DNA of 63,781 nucleotides, filler included, from Perkinsus olseni (Eukaryota): NCBI GenBank assembly GCA_013115125.1. It is 11 parts of 11 records of this genome, joined end to end, with 100 filler letters (N's around TTAATTAATTAA, not from the genome) between each part and the next. Parts side by side here need not be neighbours in the genome. Positions count along the whole stretch, not along the records: positions 1 to 5,780 come from JABANN010001164.1; positions 5,881 to 11,645 come from JABANN010001165.1; 9 more parts are not named here. One strand, 5' to 3'. Shown piece by piece: positions 1 to 8,800 of this stretch (position 1 is its first letter; each line of letters starts with the position of its first letter). The notes under the pieces were generated by a model. It saw only the letters and a program-made list of their open reading frames with translations, ran no database searches and was not told where the DNA came from. The position numbers and the translations under genes were made by a program.

Positions 1-140
1 CCTTGTGAATATCAACCACAGAAGCGTTCCTTGTCGTCGCAACAGTCACCAGACCCTCCGATCAGCTCACAACGCTCCGATGGGGCTCGCCCTTGTCGAT
101 ATCAACCACAGAAGCGTTCCTTGTCGTCGCAACAATCACG
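1..140. repeat. About 90-bp-period tandem repeat at the contig start, upstream of the helicase-transposase gene
   Basis: 1-50 and 91-140 match at 46/50 positions (core ATATCAACCACAGAAGCGTTCCTTGTCGTCGCAACA). The contig begins inside the array. Confidence 0.85.
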
Positions 141-377
141 ACTATGCATTATCATCATCTCGTCATTCCTGCATCATCGTGCATCAATCGTGGTCATGCA
201 ACCGTTTCATCATAGCCGAATGGTCAGGCACTCTGCTCGTAGTCGTTGGGTCACATTGCCAGATCTCATCATAGTCGGAGGTGCGTAAGATATGCGCTTA
301 AGGTCTCTTTGAGGGACTCTTCCATCTTCTCGGGGATTTTCCCACCTTCACTTTATAGGCGCACATAAATCTATCTG

Positions 378-3300
378 ATGGCACATCTTCTCGACATCGA
401 CCAACGCCGAGCCTATGATCACATTACTGATCAAGTGCGCGAGTATCATGGGCAGCAGCAGTATCATTATATCACGGGTTACCCTGGAACTGGCAAATCA
501 TATCTCACACGATCTCTTATCAACGACCTCGAGGCCGACCACACAGTTGTCACGCTGTCTTGGTACGGCCTGGCTGCGCGTAATTTGCGAGCCGAAGCGA
601 GCACCATCATGGCCTACTTCGGGCTGACATTCTCCAACAGCGGGCAAGTGGCAGACAATAGCTATCTGAGATGTACGGATGTAACAATGGCGCGGATGAT
701 TGAATACCTACGAGCCCATGGCTCCGAAATAATAAGATCCCCGAAGCTCGTAATCGTCATTGACGAGATCGGAGCTCTGCATAACACCCTTCTAGACGCT
801 ATGGCCGGTGCAGTTAGGGAACTGAGGCGGCCGAAGCTGATGAAAATGGGCGATAGCGTTGAGAAACCGTTTGGGGATGCTGCCGTGCTCATGATCGGAG
901 ATCCCTGTCAAACGGGGAGGATGGAATTAACCTCGACCTCAGCTGAATACCCTCCGGCCGTCTACCCCACTAAGGAGTTCTGGCTGGCTGATTCGTGGAA
1001 GGCTATGAGACCGAATGTGTATTTTCTGCGGAACATACACAGAGGCGGGGACCAGGGATATTTGGGGCTCCTGAGAGAGATACGAGCAGCTCCCAGGATA
1101 CGGCCAGGACTGCCTAGATTCTCACCCGAAGCCATGGAGGTGTTACAATCAATTAGAGACAGGGATGGCGGAGAGCGGCCTCCAAGGTAACGCTGACGGG
1201 ACTCGCGTGATTCGCCTGCAAGCGGTACTGACCTACGAAACCACCTAGGCTCATCTGGGCTCACGGTTCCTCTTAGATACGACCATGTGGTTGTATGCTT
1301 CACCAACGCCGAAGTCGACCGACACAACGAGCAGTATCTCAGGAGGCTTCCGGGGGAGGTGTACGAACTAGATGCCGTCGATTCGGGAGGTCCCACTAAC
1401 TCATCGACGACACCGTTCACACCGTCTAAGGACTTCCTCAAATCAGTCTCTCGACTAGGGTATAGAGAGCGAGTGAACCTGAAGGTCAACTGTAGAGTAA
1501 TGGCGACGGTTAACAGCACGGGACGTACCGGGAAGGCGGCCTTCTATAATGGGATGATGGGTAAGGTACTGCGTATATATCGCAACCTGAACGAAGAACC
1601 CGTCGTGGTGGTGAAGTTTGACGATGTTGAAGATCCCGTGCATGTCGAGCGTGAGACACTGACCATTCGCAATAAGGATGGCTCTATCCGCTTTGAGAGA
1701 CGACAAACTCCTCTGGTGCCTTGTTATGCTGCTACTGGTCATAAACTGATAGGAACCAACCTTGCGGGCTTGTGGGTCCACCTACCGAATAGGCACGGTA
1801 GAGTAGACAGCAGCATTCAAGACTACTGGCTGTCTAGCTGGCTCGAAGGAGTGGTCTATACGGTCCTCAGTCGCATCGGTGAACGGCAGAATGTTAAAGT
1901 CTTCCCGATCCGTCGTACTGATGAACCAGCACTCCTGCATCCAATCTTCTCCATGAGCTCGGCGGCACTAGCCTTCGATGCGGAGTGCGCCGAGAGGGAC
2001 TGGTTGACATTGAACAAGTCGGAGGAGGCTCCGGAGAATAGGGCGCCAACAACTGCGGCAGCACAGCAGATTGGCATATCAGAATCACTCAACCAGTCCC
2101 TAGAACAGGTTACTGGTGCCGTGCTGGAGCTAGCAGGTGAAGTGCGCTCGCTAAAATCCAAATCCATGGTCACGCAGCACTACACCACCAAGAGACGAAC
2201 CTCGGTCTCAGGTGAGTGACTCACCGTGAGTCGTACATGATCATTCCGCTCCTTCGGATCAAGTGCTAGCATTTGAGTCAGGTGATCCCATCAATCCCGT
2301 CTTCTTCTGCGCGCAGAGGCCTGATCTGGAACAGAAGATCGACTCCCTGCCAACCTCAGTGCAGGTCCAGTTCTACGACATGTTAGACGAGAGGCTCAAC
2401 TTGACACATGTTCGGCCGACCCACGAGCAAGTACAACAGTTACTTACCGACGTCATCAACCAAGCGAGGGCTCCTGATACGCCGACTCCCCCGGACGGTA
2501 AGGTTTCCCCCGAGGCTCACGACGGCAGCTTGGCTTCTCTTTCCACACCACGTGATCTTCATGGCCAAGCTGGAGGCCGTCAGAGTCCTGCTGCTGAAGC
2601 TGATCCCTCAGAAGATCCAGCAGATGCGGCCGATGTTGAAAGCTTGTCACGAGATGAAGACTTTCTGCCAGAGGATCTCGATCCCGACAGCGATAGCGAC
2701 GTCAGCCAGGAATCTCCTGGAGGACCTACCGAGATCCCTCCTCGGTACGACGACCCCCCAGCAGGAGAGGTTGGCTATGGTGATGAGCCCTTCACTGTCT
2801 TTGAAGGTGGAATCTACGACGTCGTCTCTGAGTACCTGAAATGTAAACCTCACTACCGCTTGGTTAATGGCTGCATCGAAGAACTTAAGACCAAGCGGAA
2901 GACCTGTTACCTCGAGTGTCGGAGGTCAGTGTCAACTCGGAACGACGGGCGCGAGGCCTCTAGGGGTTCCAGACCGGATTGGCGACTATGGCCTGCCTTC
3001 ACCTGCAAACTGAGGAGGATCAAGGTGCAGCAGAACGGGTCTCTCTGCCATATGTATCCACTAGGAGGAGTTGAAGCTACCAACGAGGAATGGAGAAATC
3101 ACTCACACTTTCCCGGTACCGAAGAATGCAGAAGTGCACGGATCCCTCCAGACATACTGGATGACTGGCAGATGTGGCTCGCTGAGCAGCCATGCATACC
3201 AACTGCGCAGCTGAAAGCGAAGTCTCGCCAAAAGTGTATCGATGGGCAATACTCTGCATCGACCATCGAATTCATAACACAGAAGGGGCTCGAGAACTAC

Positions 3301-5401
3301 GAACTTGTGAGATCGGCTCTTCGTTCTATCAAGAAATCGAAAGAGTGCGGCTTAAGTGTCGAAGCATTCACGAGAGAGCTTAGTGGATTGGCTTGCGGTG
3401 CGGATGAGTTGAGGAGTCAGATAGCGGGAATCATAAGAAGCATCGATGCTGTTGAGACAGGTAACAGTCCGAGCTTCCAGCACAAAGTTCATCAAATGAA
3501 GTCTGAGGGCAACTTACATTAGGTACTCACTCCGAGGAAGACTTGACGCGAGCCAGAGATGCTGACAGATGCATAGTTCTCGAGGACATCTTATGCTCGC
3601 CGCAGCCAGCTGAGCGCGGCTCAGCGAGGCGATCGGTGCGGGCTTTCTCAGCTGTCGTGACATCACCCAGAATGCTGAGGAACATGAGGAGCTTACAGAC
3701 GGTTGGTGTCGACGCCACCTTCAATCTTACCCATGCAGACCTGGTTCTTGGCACTATATGCTCGGTCCCTCGAACGTCCACGGCCCTACCAATCGCTCTT
3801 ATCGTGATGACGAAGGAGTCTACGGAGTGCGTCGAGCATGGCCTGAAACAACTGACAGCTGCCGCTGAGGCTCTGGGCTTTTATGATGCTGTACCTCGTG
3901 AGGTGGTGATGGATGGTAGTGATGCCATACATTCGGCTGTTATGTCACAGTATGCGGTCGACGGGCGGCAGCCCCGATGCATCAGTTGCTTCTTTCATGT
4001 CATCAAGAGGGCGAAAGAGTGTAAGGGGAAGGCTCGGCTAGGCAGAGCCTTGTGGGGCGAGCTTCGAAAAGACCTACGCATGATGGGAGGAGCCACAACA
4101 AGAGCAGAATGGTTGAGCCTACGGGAGGCATTCATGACGAAGTGGACGTCAGGTGAGTCGCCCGAACGAGATAAATACTGCACAAATCTCACATGCGCCA
4201 AACCTTTCCCCACTATGAGGTAGTCATGAAATTAATTTCAGGTCGTCCCCAGGATCTAGGGCCTAGCGATCGCGCCGCGATCCAAACCTTCTTGACCGAG
4301 TTCAATGGTTATCTCGACATCTCAGCCTGGCGCAGTTGGTGGGGAAGTTATAGCAGCGAGGTCTGTGGTGCTCGCACCAACAACTGTGTGGAGCGCTTCA
4401 ACAAAGAGCTGAAGAAGCATTTCCTACCTGCACGGTGCCGATTATCCCTTCACGAGTTCGTCACTTTCCTCAAGAGTGGGGGTGACTGGTCCGGAGTATC
4501 GCAGTATGGCCGAGAAGCAGTTAGAGGTCAGGCGAAGCCTACGGCACGACAGAAGGCGGTCGACCATTTCCTCAATGAAAGCTATTGCCAGATACCTCGC
4601 TCTTGGTATCCACCAGAAAATCGCCCGTCCTCGAATCAGTGGCTTTTCTTGACGGCCGCTAACGATCCGGTCACTAACGGTACCCCTCTGCGGGACTTCA
4701 TCCATGAGCGCGATGGTGTAGATGCCAAAAAGATGTGCCTCGGTACCTTCGATACGATGGCGCAAGCTCATTCCCTCAAGAAGCAGTACTGTATCGTTAC
4801 CTATACTGAGTCTGCTAACCCAAATAAACCTCCACCAATTGGGCCTAGTTGCTCCTGCTCAGCTTGGCTTCGTGACGTCGTCTGCTGCCATACCTTGTGC
4901 CTCGGCCATGTACTAGGTCAAGATCACTCAGAGGAAGCTGCTAAGGCCTGGAAGACAGCTCGGTGCTTTTTTACTAAGGCAAGACGAAGGCGAGATGGCC
5001 AGGGAAGGTTTGGCGACGAGGCTCTACCGAGCAGTGCGAGATACGGTTTGAACGAGCCGCAGGCGAGGAAGAGGGGCAGAGAGGAAGGGAATGAAGCTCC
5101 AGAAACCGAGAATCGCCAACCGACGGTTCTAGCGTACTCGGAAGTGCGTTGGCCATCATACCCGTTCGCTGATGGGACGACGTACTGCGGCTGCAGACAA
5201 GGATATTCCAGCTCCGTCGACATGTTGGAGTGCAGCAATCCCAAGTGCGACATTGGCTGGTGGCATACTCCTTGTATAGAGACATACGCTGCTGCATCGG
5301 GCTTGACCAGCAGTCACCTCGCAGCGATGGGGACTGAGAAGAAATGGTACTGTTTCGGCTGTCGTCGGAAGCGGAGAGGTAGCAAGCGTCGCCAATGCTG
5401 A
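378..5401 (+). CDS. Spliced PIF1-family helicase / Mutator (MULE) DDE transposase / SWIM / PHD fusion protein, about 1,570 aa
   Basis: Predicted exons 378-1186, 1277-2211, 2270-3460 (alternative in-frame starts 2264 or 2282), 3523-4152, 4242-5401. All four introns are GT..AG and preserve frame (4,725 nt with the 2270 acceptor). PIF1 motifs: TGYPGTGKS, IVIDEIG, PFGD..LMIGDPCQ, LKVNCRVM..N..YNG, RQTPL..YAATGHK, YTVLSR. MULE motifs: VGVDATF, VVMDGS, CFFH, TNNCVERFN. SWIM: CSC..CCH. PHD: YCGC..MLEC..C..WWH..C..WYCFGC. An in-frame TAA at 366-368 precedes the ATG. Confidence 0.8.
2211..2232. other. Excision-type footprint (inferred target GGTGAGTC)
   Basis: GGTGAGT + GACTCACC (reverse complement of the 8-mer) + GTGAGTC. 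Confidence 0.75.
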
Positions 5402-5658
5402 ATGAACCGTCGGAGGTTACCACCGAGATCTATTTGCATGTCTTGCATTGTCCCGCGGCAGTGTTGTGAGACAGGATTGTATTGCAACGAGTCGCTACTG
5501 ACGAAACTATTAATTAAAGTGTGCTCACCTGAGTGTAGCACGCTATGCTAAACTGTTACCGCTAAACAGAGGGTATCTATACATTAGCATGCGACTAGGG
5601 TTTAAACTCAATCTACAAACCCGGGAGGGAACGTGATCTCAGTTCATCCTACGATGTG

Positions 5659-5685
5659 ATGCCCTCAGGGCAGGGCATTGCCCTG
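5659..5685. other. Excision-type footprint variant (inferred target ATGCCCTG)
   Basis: ATGCCCT + CAGGG + CAGGGCAT (reverse complement) + TGCCCTG. Confidence 0.65.
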
Positions 5686-5780
5686 CTACCACCCCGGAAT
5701 GACTGTTATGTCATTGAAGTACCCCACTCGTGATGGAATGTCCATATGGGAATAAACCTGCTGTGATGTCCCTTTGTGAC

Positions 5781-5880
5781 NNNNNNNNNNNNNNNNNNNN
5801 NNNNNNNNNNNNNNNNNNNNNNNNTTAATTAATTAANNNNNNNNNNNNNNNNNNNNNNNNNNNNNNNNNNNNNNNNNNNN
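5781..5880. other. Artificial contig spacer (N-run, TTAATTAATTAA, N-run)
   Basis: Identical 100-bp spacers with six-frame stops also at 11646, 17489, 23327, 29146, 34948, 40736, 46522, 52298 and 58044. Contig lengths fall monotonically from 5780 to 5638. Confidence 0.97.
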
Positions 5881-8800
5881 AACAGTAGTGCTTTGGAATC
5901 CGAGATGCTACATGGTGGACATGCCGGCGGAGGCATAGGAACGTTGGTAAGCCCGGCTTTGGCTGGTGCCGTCCGGCAAGCCGCGAGCAAGACCGTACCA
6001 GACCTTGAGTGGGATCGGTTGCATACCTTGCCCCCAGCTCAGTGTGCCGCGAGGGTTTTGGGAGTTACCTCCAATAGTGCAGGATACAGCGCACTCTTTT
6101 TCTCGAACCGAGCTGGAGCCTCAGTAGGACATAGCTTGACCGCCCTCTGTGTGGATTGGGAAATCCTGCCTCACCGTGAGGCTATCCGTCAAGACAGCGA
6201 ACCCCTCGTTGAGGCTGTGAGGTCGAGCGGGAAGAATCTGTCAGACTTGGCGAAGCGGTGGAGCTTTGAAAGTCTCGATAGGAAACTCACCTCCGCGACG
6301 GCTCAGGCATGTGGGTGCACGGCTCCTCTAAAGCTCTGGGCATATGCTAACCTTTGGCCAAGAAACCTTGCCGAGCGGGTTAAATCTGAACTTCTTAAGG
6401 AGATTTACGACGACGAAGGTCAAGTGGACCATGGTTGTGAACTTCTCGCTTGGACGAACTTAACTCAAGCTGGCAAAGGGCTGACCAATTCGGAGCGGGA
6501 AGCGATAGAAACTCACTATCCCCGATGGACAGCCGCCTGTGCTCGCGTCCTTGAGAGAGTTATTCAAGCCAGACAAGAATACCAATCCCTCACGGATCCT
6601 AAGCTTTCAGTGGTGGGTCTAATGGAAGAATGGTCTACACTACACTCTCACGCCGGCCATGGTGGCCGTGGAAAAGTCACAAGCTTGTTAGAGCGGGAAC
6701 GCAAGCTCTATGTGAAATTGAGTGAGCACCCCGATGGCACTCAACTCACCTGGGTGACGCGTAAGGCATGCTATCTTTCCATCCTGAAGGCATTCCCTAG
6801 AGTCAAGCGTAATGGGGAATCCTTCGTGCTGTTGTTCCAAGCCATTAAGAAGAGTCAGAGCTATGAAGAGGTGATGGACAGCTTGTCTCACCATGCCTAC
6901 AAAGCTGGGTATAAGGACCCTAACGACCTCCTCGGGACATGGGATACTGATCGCGGCAAGGAGCAAGGACGCGAGCATGGAAGAACTCACCGAGGTCGTG
7001 ATAATAAGGATGAGGAGATACCTCGCCCTAGCCTACGCAAACATTCTGATCGACCAGCTGGTCCTCGCCAAGTACAGTCATCTCTACTCCCTCGAGACAA
7101 GCGTCCCTTTCCCAAGAACGGCAAAGATGAGCATGGTCGTCCGCGAAAAAAACTTAGGCTGACGGCAGCTGATCATGCCAAAGCGAATGGTGTACCCGAA
7201 AAGCTCGCTAACGAGCGCCTAGCCAAGGGCCAGTGCGCAATCTGTGGCTCCATAGAGCACTATGCCCGCTCATGCCCGAAAAACAAGTCAACCAAGGAGC
7301 ACGACCATCCGAAGAATGCTGAGGGCAACTCTCAACCCAAGCCGACCGAGGAGACGGTCCTGTTAACCTTGGGAAGGGCTGAGGTTCTAGCAGGGACAGT
7401 CGAGGTGTCGAGCCCCAGTGCGGGCACTGACCATACCGACTCTCCTACACATGTACGCGCTGGGTTCGACACGATGTGTTCCCAGAACCTGGTCACCAGA
7501 TCTGTCATACGAACCCTCGGTATACACCCTTCGGCTGGTCAGTCGGTGCAACTCCAGACCGCGGGCGGGGTCCGCGAGGCTGCTGAATGGGTTCAACTGG
7601 TCGTAAGGAGGCCCAGCTTCCGGGTACAATTGCCATTCCTCGTGGTGGATACTCTCCCCGGCGTAGACCTCTTGGTGCGCAAGGCCGATCTTCTACACTT
7701 AGGCTATCAGATCGTCGACCATGCACCGCGGGAAGAACCCTCGGATCCGGTAAACCGTGCAAAGAAGGCCTTGATGGACATGATAGATGTATGGGTCCCC
7801 CTGCCTGGAGCACCAAAGTATCGGGCACGCCTTCGTCGCATTCGCGAAGATGAGCACCGTGACGACCCCCGACAAGTCTATATCTTCGAAATCGATTGGG
7901 ACGAGGGGGTTCTTGAGGGTCGGCGACTGACGGAGTATAAGAGCTTCTCTCGCCGAGCCGATCATGATTATAGTATCCCTATGCTCCGGCAGCTCTCCGC
8001 ATCGGAGAAGGATGACTACGAGAAGGAGCTGAAGGGCATGATCGATAAACAGTGGTGGAGGGAGGGTGAGCCCTCAAAGGATGCGAAGCCCTTAGACCTA
8101 CCCTGTTGCACCTTTCCTTTATCCCAAGGCTCCCATAAGAGCACACGGGTTCGGTTATGCAGCGACATGCGGGGCCCTAATCTGTGCCTCCCTGTCGCCA
8201 GTTATAGCGGCCACAGTGTTCCTGAGGTATTGGGGATCCTTCGCTCTCGCGTCAAGCCAACAGACCACCTAGAGCTGTTAGACCTACAAAAAGCTTTTTA
8301 TAAGCTTAGGTTAGCGAGAAAGCGATGTGTGAGGATCAAAACCGCAGGCCGGAGCTTCCACTGTGATAGGATTGTGTTTGGAATCCGGTGCGGTCCAGCT
8401 GCACTCGCTGCCCAAGTCACTCTCTTATTGAACTCCGCCTATTCGGGGCTATTGGGTAGGTCTGTCTCCAGGCGGGACACTCGTGAGTTCTTGGACATGC
8501 AGTGTGGGGTTTCGGCAGTTCCCTACTACGACGACATCGCCCTCTTTGGGGATCACGATCGAGTCGTAGCTCTCCGCGAGATCATTGTGGAGATTGCTCC
8601 ACTGATGGGTGCGGCCTGCCCCGCAGAGAAACGAGACTCCGTGCCCGTTCCTGATGCCCACTCGCCGCCGACAGAGCCGATCAGGCACATGGGGGTCTTC
8701 TGGTCTAGGGCATATGATGGTCGGCTCCTCTTACGCTGTGTACCGCACGAGGGCTTGGATTCACCAAACTATCTGTCCATCTCTCGCCGTGAAGCCTTCA

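Noticed and set aside
1-140. CRISPR-like array
   Set aside because: Only two repeat copies, eukaryotic context, no cas genes.
378-2219. Helitron
   Set aside because: No Rep/HUH domain, an in-frame stop lies just before the ATG, and the linked nuclease is a DDE MULE type.
5825-5836. Regularly spaced TTAATTAATTAA motif every ~5.8 kb
   Set aside because: Embedded in N-runs with stops in all six frames, and contigs are size-sorted. It is an assembly linker, not biology.
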